Positions 44,506 to 51,521 of a stretch of 64,000 nt of DNA are shown piece by piece. The notes below the pieces were generated by a model. That model saw nothing but the letters and a program-made list of their open reading frames with translations. It made no database searches and was not told the origin of the DNA. The stretch covers positions 1 through 64,000 of IMG/VR virus record IMGVR_UViG_3300043432_000237; one strand, given 5' to 3'. Source of the DNA: a virus. Lineage: Duplodnaviria > Caudoviricetes. The translations under genes and the position numbers were made by a program. Numbering within the stretch: the first letter of the stretch is position 1; each line of letters opens with the position of its first letter.

Positions 44506-46287
44506 ATGCCCGGAACCATCGGACGAGCGTTCAAGATCAGCAGCAAGCAGGCGAAGAGCTACGGCTACGCCCGCCCCAACCCTGGCGTGACGGCCATCGC
44601 CGCCGTCAACGGCCGCGGGTCCTACACCGCGCGCACGGCCATGACGGGTCGCAGCGCTGCCGGTCGCCTGTCGCACGCGCGCAACGCGACTCGTCGCCAG
44701 CTGAGCGCGGCCGACCGCGCCGCGTTCGCCAAGCGCATGCGCGACGCGCGCCAGCGCAAGATGACCGGCAACATGTCCCGCTCTGCGGCGGGCAAGAAGA
44801 ACATCAAGCGCGCCATCGCCACCCGTAAGGCATGGGGTCGCAGTCTGCAGCGCGGGCACCGGTATCGCGTCGGCGCCGCCGCTTACGGAAAGTCACCCGG
44901 GGCCGCCAAAAAGCTGTCTCCGGGCGTCTACACAGCAAATCGGAGGACAAGAATGCTCAGGAAAAATCGCACCACCGCACGTCGGCGGGGGCGGGTTCTC
45001 CGGAAGAGCCGCAAGGCGCGCCGGATGACCAGCAACCCGAAGGCGCGTCGCACGACTCGCCGCCGCCGGAAGAAGACCACCGCAGCCGCCGCGCCGAAGC
45101 GCCGCCGTCGGGTGAAGCGCCGCCGCAAGGCGACCGCTCGCAAGACGCCGGTGCGCCGTCGCCGCCGCCGCAAGGCCAAGGCCAGCTCGGCAACCCCGAA
45201 GCGTCGCCGTCGGGTGAAGCGCAAGAGCCGCAAGGCGAGCGCTCGCAAGTCGCCGGTGCGTCGTCGTCGTCGCCGCAAGGCCAAGGCCAGCTCGGCCGCG
45301 CCGAAGCGTCGCCGCCGCGTGAAGCGCCGCAAGGGTCGCAAGGCGAAGGCCATGTCGCCCAACCGTCGCCGCCGGGTGAAGCACCGCCGCAACCGTCGCC
45401 GGTCCGGCCGTCGCCTGGGGATGTTCCGCCGCAATCAGGGCTTCATGACCACCCTCAAGGAGGGCGCGAAGGTCGGCCTGATCGTGTTCGCGGGCGTCGC
45501 GGCCCACAAGGCCGCCACCAAGCTCCTGACCGAGCTGGTGCTGGACAAGTTCCTCGGCGCCGCTGCCACCCCGGCCACCCCGCCGGCTCCGGCCGCGGTT
45601 TCGGGACTCGAAGTCCTGCAGCCCTACAAGAAGATCATCGCGGGCATCGCGGTTGCCGGTCTCGGCAGCTTCGCAGCCAACGCCGTGATCAAGGACCAAG
45701 AGACCAAGAAGTACGCCATCGCCGGCATGTGGGGCTCGCTCCTGCACACCGTCATCGTGGACCTCTTGGCCGCCTTCGGTGGAGCCACCGGTGGCAAGGT
45801 TGCGCAGTACCTGTCGGGCTACGACGACAGCACCGCGTACTCCCTCGGCGCTTCGATCATGCCGATGTACCGCCCCGTGGGCGAGTACTTCGATCAGGGC
45901 ATGGGCGAGTACTTCGAGGGCGCCACGGCCGGTCTCGGCAACTACGGCATGAACGGCGACATCTACCAGGCGCAAGCCGGGTACGGCGCCATGCCGGACT
46001 CGAACTCGGGCCACATCGATCCGTCCAGCGACCTCGACCGCGAGCTGACCCTCGCGGAAGCGGCAGCGGGCGTCGGTGCTCTGCCGTCGTACGAAGCAGC
46101 CGCCGGTCTCGGCGACTTCATCGGCAACGGCCACAAGGCGATCGGGTCGCGTTCCACCTGGATCCCGGGTGAGACGAACCCCGGCACCTGGGCACCGGTG
46201 ACCAGCGTCAGCCGCGGCCAGGCCGCGACGGCCATGGTCCCGGCCGGCATCCTGCAGACCGGTGGAGGCTCGGGCGTCTTCGGCTGA
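44506..46287 (+). CDS. Protamine-like Arg/Lys-rich core protein fused to hydrophobic helices and a motif-rich acidic tail
   Basis: GAGGTG SD; about 300-aa basic region with PKRRRRVK repeats; about three hydrophobic helices; tail with repeated GLG/GMG/GVG. Confidence 0.8.
   Translation: MPGTIGRAFKISSKQAKSYGYARPNPGVTAIAAVNGRGSYTARTAMTGRSAAGRLSHARNATRRQLSAADRAAFAKRMRDARQRKMTGNMSRSAAGKKNIKRAIATRKAWGRSLQRGHRYRVGAAAYGKSPGAAKKLSPGVYTANRRTRMLRKNRTTARRRGRVLRKSRKARRMTSNPKARRTTRRRRKKTTAAAAPKRRRRVKRRRKATARKTPVRRRRRRKAKASSATPKRRRRVKRKSRKASARKSPVRRRRRRKAKASSAAPKRRRRVKRRKGRKAKAMSPNRRRRVKHRRNRRRSGRRLGMFRRNQGFMTTLKEGAKVGLIVFAGVAAHKAATKLLTELVLDKFLGAAATPATPPAPAAVSGLEVLQPYKKIIAGIAVAGLGSFAANAVIKDQETKKYAIAGMWGSLLHTVIVDLLAAFGGATGGKVAQYLSGYDDSTAYSLGASIMPMYRPVGEYFDQGMGEYFEGATAGLGNYGMNGDIYQAQAGYGAMPDSNSGHIDPSSDLDRELTLAEAAAGVGALPSYEAAAGLGDFIGNGHKAIGSRSTWIPGETNPGTWAPVTSVSRGQAATAMVPAGILQTGGGSGVFG
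45094..45400 (+). repeat. Tandem 102-105-nt coding repeat (Arg clusters)
   Basis: PKRRRRVK units begin at 45094, 45196 and 45301. Confidence 0.8.
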
Positions 46288-46340
46288 GCCACACGGGCGA
46301 TGAGCTGAGCGCTTCGTCGGCGCGCAGCGAGGCCCCACGA

Positions 46341-46380
46341 CGAGCCCGGGAGGGTGCGGAAAACCGCATCCCCGGGCTCG
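46341..46380 (+). other. Strong RNA hairpin upstream of the major capsid candidate
   Basis: CGAGCCCGGG/CCCGGGCTCG outer stem, GGTGCGG-AAAA-CCGCATC inner stem. Confidence 0.7.
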
Positions 46381-46468
46381 ACGTGTCGAAAGAGGACGAG
46401 AGGAACCACGCCTCTCAAAAAATGGTGCTCGCGCTTTGCGGGCAGTAGTCCTCAGGAGAACAAGGACC

Positions 46469-47221
46469 ATGGCAAAAGTAGTTTCCATTCGCGAGCGCGT
46501 TCACCAGCCCTTCTACGACACCCTCGTCCGCACGGCGGGTCTCACGGCCGGTGCGCTCACCGACAACACCTCCCTCTTCACCAGCAACGGTGCACGCACC
46601 GAGGCGACGACCAACCTGATCAACGGCGCCACGCTGCCCTCCGATCAGAGCCACGTCGTGCTCGCGCTCCGCGTCTTCACCTGGTACCGCAACCCGCGCC
46701 TGCGCGTGGCCGGTGCCGGTGCCGGCGAGATCGCGCAGAACGGTGACTACAACTTGCTGGCCCCCTGGCTCGCGGGCGGCGCGGCCGTCGGCCAGGCCCC
46801 CGGTCAGGTGCAGGACGTGTACCGCCTGCACTGGCAGACCGAGGAGCAGCTGCACTGGTCGTTCGGGACCGGGCTCAAGAACTCGATCGACAACATGCCG
46901 ACCTGGTACTTCCCGGCGGGCGGCGGCATCTCGGGCGACATGGGTGGGACGACCGACCTCATCCACTGGCAGAACTCGGGCTACGACGGGCACGCCGGCA
47001 TCCTGCGGCTCGCTCGCGCCGTCCTGATTCCGCCTCGCCAGAACATCCTGTGCCAGGCCAAGGTCTTCGCCCTCCCGAACGCGGGTCAGGCGGTCACCTT
47101 CGGCACGACCCAGGGTGCGCGCGACATGCTCAACCTCCGCGACAACCTGAACGCCATCGACGCGATCGGGAAGTGCGTGATGTTCTGCTTCGACGGCCTC
47201 TTCTCGCGCGACGTTCAGTGA
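46469..47221 (+). CDS. Putative major capsid protein (single jelly roll), 250 aa
   Basis: Strong SD, flanking hairpins, strongly biased codons; QPFYDT..SLF..TNL..GATLP..HVVLALRV...LIPPRQNI...VMFCFDG beta pattern; follows the core-protein gene. Confidence 0.6.
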   Translation: MAKVVSIRERVHQPFYDTLVRTAGLTAGALTDNTSLFTSNGARTEATTNLINGATLPSDQSHVVLALRVFTWYRNPRLRVAGAGAGEIAQNGDYNLLAPWLAGGAAVGQAPGQVQDVYRLHWQTEEQLHWSFGTGLKNSIDNMPTWYFPAGGGISGDMGGTTDLIHWQNSGYDGHAGILRLARAVLIPPRQNILCQAKVFALPNAGQAVTFGTTQGARDMLNLRDNLNAIDAIGKCVMFCFDGLFSRDVQ

Positions 47222-47230
47222 TCCCACACG

Positions 47231-47264
47231 CGCCGGTGGGGGTCCTCTCCGGCCCCCTCCGGCG
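47231..47264 (+). terminator. GC-rich hairpin after the capsid gene (weak U-tract)
   Basis: CGCCGG.GGGGG...CCCCC.CCGGCG. Confidence 0.5.
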
Positions 47265-47291
47265 TTCGTCTGCTCCCGAAGAGCGTGGCAC

Positions 47292-47360
47292 GAGCGGCGC
47301 CGCGCTGGCAGCCCAAGCCGCTACGGGATCTGGTTCGCCAGGTCTCGTAGCGGCCCGCTC
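47292..47360 (+). other. Structured intergenic RNA element with UUCG tetraloop
   Basis: GCCGCTACGGGATCTGG-TTCG-CCAGGTCTCGTAGCGGC (47317-47354), enclosed by GAGCGG/CCGCTC. Confidence 0.65.
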
Positions 47361-47414
47361 AGACCCTTTGATCCTCAACTCCCAGCCCTCGCCTGAGCGA
47401 GCACGGGGTTTCCC

Positions 47415-48365
47415 ATGAACGTCAATCAGCAGCTCTTGAACCAGCTCAACGCCGCGGCGCAGAACGCCCGCGTCGCATTCGAGCGCGCCGCCCGCGCCGA
47501 ACAGCAGGGCCAGGCCTTGTACGCCCAGGCATCGCAGCTCGCCGGTGAGCTGGAGGCCATGAAGCGCGTCGTCGCCAACCTCGAAGTCTCGCGCTCCGGC
47601 GCTCCGGCTTCCATCCAGCGGGTGGAGAACATCCCGGGCCGACGCATCCCGTTCGATGCACTGGTCGACATCGCCATCGGTGACTCGGTGCAGTCGGTGC
47701 AGCAGGGCTCGATCACCATCTCGCAGGAAGGCCCGTTCGTGGGCGTCAGCCGCGTGATGGCGCTGCTCAGCACGTTCGAGTTCCAGTACCGCGATCCGGT
47801 CTCGGGCGCCGCCAGCGCCTTCCAGGGTCGCTCCTACGGCCGCTACCGTCCCGCGCACAGCGCCTGGGACCTGAACGACAGCATGGTCTCGCCGCAGGTC
47901 TCGCAGGCCGTGGGCTTCCCCGGCACCGGCGCGCCGCACGTGACCAGCCCCGGCACGGCGTCCAGCTTCCGCTCGATGGAGGGCGACTTCCGCATCATCG
48001 TCGAGAACGCCGGCTCCAGCTTCCCGCGCTCGAACCAGGAGGTCCCCTCGGCGTTCTGGTCGCGCGCCATCAACGAGCCCTTCGAGCTGGGCGCGCTCGA
48101 CGTCTTCGAGCGTGGCGAGGTCATCGTCTTCAAGGTGCTGCCGCTGCACCCGAACAACCCGAGCTACGGCAACCTGAGCGCGTTCGGCGCGCCCAACGCC
48201 AGCTTCCCGTTCGTGACGGCCGGCTTCGATGCCGTCGAGGGCGTCAACGACCAGAACGACGCGAACGCCTCCACGACCGATCCCGTGACGCGCCTGGCGA
48301 ACGCCATCGTCACGATCGGCTACCACGGCTACCGCATCATCCAGCAGCCGGGTCTGCCGGGCTGA
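47415..48365 (+). CDS. Putative second capsid protein (N-terminal coiled coil plus jelly roll)
   Basis: GSITISQEGPFVGV...DVFERGEVIVFKV...VTIGYHGYRI. Confidence 0.55.
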   Translation: MNVNQQLLNQLNAAAQNARVAFERAARAEQQGQALYAQASQLAGELEAMKRVVANLEVSRSGAPASIQRVENIPGRRIPFDALVDIAIGDSVQSVQQGSITISQEGPFVGVSRVMALLSTFEFQYRDPVSGAASAFQGRSYGRYRPAHSAWDLNDSMVSPQVSQAVGFPGTGAPHVTSPGTASSFRSMEGDFRIIVENAGSSFPRSNQEVPSAFWSRAINEPFELGALDVFERGEVIVFKVLPLHPNNPSYGNLSAFGAPNASFPFVTAGFDAVEGVNDQNDANASTTDPVTRLANAIVTIGYHGYRIIQQPGLPG

Positions 48366-48382
48366 GGCGTGCCGACCGAGAG

Positions 48383-48415
48383 GGTCACCGGAGGGATTGC
48401 GAGCCTCCGGTGGCC
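48383..48415 (+). terminator. Hairpin between capsid-like genes
   Basis: GGTCACCGGAGG-N9-CCTCCGGTGGCC followed by ATTTC. Confidence 0.55.
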
Positions 48416-48436
48416 ATTTCGAGGTAGGCTCACACC

Positions 48437-49312
48437 ATGACGGACTACCGCAACCAGCTGTCGTCAGCCTTCCAGCTCCCGAGCATGGGTCATGTGCCGC
48501 GCGACGCCGGAGGCCCGCTCGGTCCCGGTGGTGGAGCGCACCCTGCGCCGAGCGCTCAGGCTGCGCCGCACCCGGAGCCCGCGCCGGACTTCGTGCGCAC
48601 GGTCGCAGCCGGCGGCGCGCTGCCCGAGCTGTTGCTGCACCCGACCTTCCTGCCCTTCGAGAACTTGTTCCGGCGGCTGCCGGAGGAGGCGATGTTCAAC
48701 GCCTCGCCCGACCGCCCCTACAAGTTCGAGCTGGGCGCGTTCGAGGTCCCCAAGAACCAGGCGCTCCTGCTCGCCGACTTTCGGTTCGCGCTGCATCGCT
48801 TGAGCGGCGCCGCCGCCTCCGACACGGTGCCGATGGAGCCCGAGCGGCTGAGCATGCTGCTGGCGTTCGATCTCACGATCGCCAACAACCGCAAGGCGCA
48901 GCTGCGCATGGAGATCGATCCGGTCACCATCCAGGCACAGAAGGAAGCCTTCCAGAGCCAGGTGTCGGGCGGCACGATCTTCCCCGGCGCGCGCACGGGC
49001 GGCTCTGCGCTCAGCCCGGCCAACAACCTGCAGTACGCGCTCTCGCGCTTCGCGCAGTCGGTGGTGCCGGGTGGCCTGGGCCTCTCGGGCTTGCCGAACC
49101 GCCCGCGCCGCCTGGGCGCCGAAGACTTGCCCTTCACGATGGTCGCCGTCGAGACCCAGCGCGTCCAAGCGAGCTGCGTGGTCTTCCGGCCCATCCCCAT
49201 CCCGATCGCGTTCTTCCAGTGCGACATTTCGGGAGTGCTGATGAGCATGAACACGATGCGCGCGCTCTTCGATGCAGTGAAACCTGCCGTCGAGCGTGGA
49301 GGCATCCGATGA
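48437..49312 (+). CDS. Putative third capsid-like jelly-roll protein
   Basis: FELGAFEVPKNQALLL...FTMVAVETQRVQASC...FFQCDISGVL. Confidence 0.55.
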   Translation: MTDYRNQLSSAFQLPSMGHVPRDAGGPLGPGGGAHPAPSAQAAPHPEPAPDFVRTVAAGGALPELLLHPTFLPFENLFRRLPEEAMFNASPDRPYKFELGAFEVPKNQALLLADFRFALHRLSGAAASDTVPMEPERLSMLLAFDLTIANNRKAQLRMEIDPVTIQAQKEAFQSQVSGGTIFPGARTGGSALSPANNLQYALSRFAQSVVPGGLGLSGLPNRPRRLGAEDLPFTMVAVETQRVQASCVVFRPIPIPIAFFQCDISGVLMSMNTMRALFDAVKPAVERGGIR

Positions 49313-49430
49313 CTTGGGAAAGCGACCGGCCCATGGAGCCCGCGAGCGTTGCAGCGGATCGGACAACTGCTGCAGCGAGCACGAGCCTTCCGGCTTGGGC
49401 CGGTCGTTTCTCCATTCGTGAGGTGAGCTG

Positions 49431-50180
49431 ATGGCCCTGGGAGCATATTTCCGAGCAGTCGAGAGTCAGCCGATCCCGGAGCCGCAGCTGGACGGGCTGG
49501 GCTCGCAGGATCAGTTCGCGGTCGAGGCGTTGCAGGAGCTGCTGGAGGCACAGGGTATCCGGCCTGCGGCGGCGATGGCGCCCTGGGGCATCCAGGAGGG
49601 CAGCGTCGACTGGCAAGCCGAGCACCCGGACCACAGCCTGCTGCTGTATCCGATCAGCGATGGCCTGCTGACGCAGGTCGAGAAGTCGACCTTCGGCATG
49701 CCCGTGCCGGCCGTCGCGATCTTGACCACCACGCCCGTCGTGCTGGCCAAGGCGCGCGAGGCCTACGACGATACGCCGTACCGCTTTCACGCCGTCGAGG
49801 GCGTCTACCGCCTGGACGACAAGAAGCCGGTGCCGACGATCTACTTCCTCTACTGGGGTCACTACCGCGAGCCCAACGACAGCGGAGGTGGCCGCTCGGC
49901 GCTGCAGAGCGTCGCGTCCATGCTCGGCGGCTCGCTCGTCTTCCCGTTGCAGCTGCCGCGCACCGGCCAGGAGCGCCAGCACCCGTCGGTGACCTTCCAG
50001 CTCGCCCTGGCGGCGCAGCTGAGCGGCCAGCCGGCGGCAGCGCTGCCGCCGACGGCGGTGCCCAGCGCGCTGGCACCCAGTGCCGCCCCGGCGCCTAGCG
50101 CGGCCTGGTGGCTGCTCCCGGTGGTCGGCGGGCTGGCCGCCTATGGCGGCTACCGCTGGTGGAAAGGACGCAAGAGCTGA
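49431..50180 (+). CDS. Tail-anchored membrane protein
   Basis: MALGAY, LDGLGS; TM followed by RWWKGRKS. Confidence 0.7.
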   Translation: MALGAYFRAVESQPIPEPQLDGLGSQDQFAVEALQELLEAQGIRPAAAMAPWGIQEGSVDWQAEHPDHSLLLYPISDGLLTQVEKSTFGMPVPAVAILTTTPVVLAKAREAYDDTPYRFHAVEGVYRLDDKKPVPTIYFLYWGHYREPNDSGGGRSALQSVASMLGGSLVFPLQLPRTGQERQHPSVTFQLALAAQLSGQPAAALPPTAVPSALAPSAAPAPSAAWWLLPVVGGLAAYGGYRWWKGRKS

Positions 50181-50329
50181 TGGCCAAGATCGTTGCTATC
50201 TCGGGCACCGAGCCCCAACCCAACCAGGCGGCACTCATGAGCGCAGCAGCACTCGGATGGACGGTCGTGCTCGGCGTGACCTTCTACATCTTCTGGAGCA
50301 CGGCCAAGCCGGCCCGCAAGCGGAGGTAG
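50180..50329 (+). CDS. Small tail-anchored peptide
   Basis: TM followed by KPARKRR. Confidence 0.6.
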   Translation: MAKIVAISGTEPQPNQAALMSAAALGWTVVLGVTFYIFWSTAKPARKRR

Positions 50330-50332
50330 ATC

Positions 50333-50548
50333 ATGATCTCGCTCACCGATCTGGGAACCGTGGCCGACGTCGCCCAACAGGTCGAGGCCAACCCCTTCAT
50401 GCTGGCGGGCCGTCTGATCGGCCTGAGCGGTGACGAGCAGAAGGCGGGCGTGCCGATGTGGGCGTGGGTCTCGCTGGCGTTCGTGGGCGGAGCAGTCGCG
50501 ACGCTGAAGTACGGTCCGCAGATCCGCGCCAAGCTCAAGCAGCTCTGA
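50333..50548 (+). CDS. Small membrane protein
   Basis: GGAGG SD; TDLGT; C-terminal TM. Confidence 0.65.
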   Translation: MISLTDLGTVADVAQQVEANPFMLAGRLIGLSGDEQKAGVPMWAWVSLAFVGGAVATLKYGPQIRAKLKQL

Positions 50549-50600
50549 TTTTTGGAGGTCGAGCAGACCTTTGATAGCGTCGGACCTGGAGCCACTCAAC

Positions 50601-50942
50601 ATGTACCAGCCAACCAGCAAAGCAGACGGGATCTTCTCACACGGTGTGGGTCCGAGCTACGCCTACGGCGCGCAGCGAACGGCGCACGCAGACGGCTCGC
50701 TCGGCGAGTACGCCTACGGCGCGCGCACCTCTTCGTTCGCGGACGGATCACTGGGTGGCTGCAGCAGCTGCTCGGGCATGGGCGCCCTGACGCCCGAGCT
50801 GGCGACCAAGGTGTTGTCCGCGATGCAGCCGCAGTTGCCCGCTGCACCGCCGATGTCACCGGTGGTGCGTGGTCTGCTCATCGGCGGCGGCGTGCTGGTC
50901 GTGGCCGCCATCGGCTACGCCGTGATGAAGAAGAAGGGATGA
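50601..50942 (+). CDS. Tail-anchored protein with duplicated YAYGA..ADGSLG motif
   Basis: GGAG SD; upstream TTGGAG-N17-TAGCGT; TM followed by MKKKG. Confidence 0.7.
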   Translation: MYQPTSKADGIFSHGVGPSYAYGAQRTAHADGSLGEYAYGARTSSFADGSLGGCSSCSGMGALTPELATKVLSAMQPQLPAAPPMSPVVRGLLIGGGVLVVAAIGYAVMKKKG

Positions 50943-50946
50943 GGTC

Positions 50947-51216
50947 ATGGCGCTAACGAATAGGTGCCTGAGCGGTCTCGGCGCGGCGTTCATCGAGATG
51001 CCCCGCGCCCGCCTCGGGTTCCGCGCGGGCGGCGTGTTCTCGCCGCGCGCTTCGGCCGCCGAGTACAAGCCGAGCCTGGGTGAAGTGCAGGCCGTGACGG
51101 AAAGCGCCAGCTCGATCGAACAGCGCCAGGAGAAGCAGAAGCTGCTGCTGGTGACGAGCCTGGCCAGCCTGGCCGTCGGCGCCGCCATCACCTACGCTGT
51201 GATGAAGAAGAGCTGA
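50947..51216 (+). CDS. Small tail-anchored protein
   Basis: LSGLGA, GGVF, SLGE; TM followed by MKKS. Confidence 0.7.
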   Translation: MALTNRCLSGLGAAFIEMPRARLGFRAGGVFSPRASAAEYKPSLGEVQAVTESASSIEQRQEKQKLLLVTSLASLAVGAAITYAVMKKS

Positions 51217-51221
51217 CCGCC

Positions 51222-51515
51222 ATGCAAGACGGTATCTTTCTCTCGTCTCCCACGCGGGGAACGCTGCCCACGTCGCGCAACGCGCTCATTGTGGCTCAGC
51301 GGCCGACTTCGCTGGGCCGAGTCAACTCGGCCGGCGTGGCCCTCACGTTCGGTGTGTTCGGTTTGGTGCTGGCCGGAGGAGCCTACGGGGGCTACCAGCT
51401 GGGTAGGCGTTACAAGCATCCCCTGGTGGGCGCCGCCGCGGGTGCTGCCGTCGCGTACGTCCCCGCCTGGATGGCGGGTGCTGTCACTGCGCTTCTCACG
51501 ATGGGCAGCGTGTGA
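51222..51515 (+). CDS. Small multi-TM protein
   Basis: DGIF, TSLG, glycine-zipper-like TMs. Confidence 0.65.
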   Translation: MQDGIFLSSPTRGTLPTSRNALIVAQRPTSLGRVNSAGVALTFGVFGLVLAGGAYGGYQLGRRYKHPLVGAAAGAAVAYVPAWMAGAVTALLTMGSV

Positions 51516-51521
51516 GGATCC

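Noticed and set aside
44506-45440. Arg-rich region as a GC frame artefact
   Set aside because: Lys (AAG)-rich, ordered repeats, SD-led start and in-frame continuation into hydrophobic and acidic domains indicate a real CDS
49309-49431. Short ORF between the third capsid-like gene and 49431
   Set aside because: About 40 codons with no supporting features; cannot be supported
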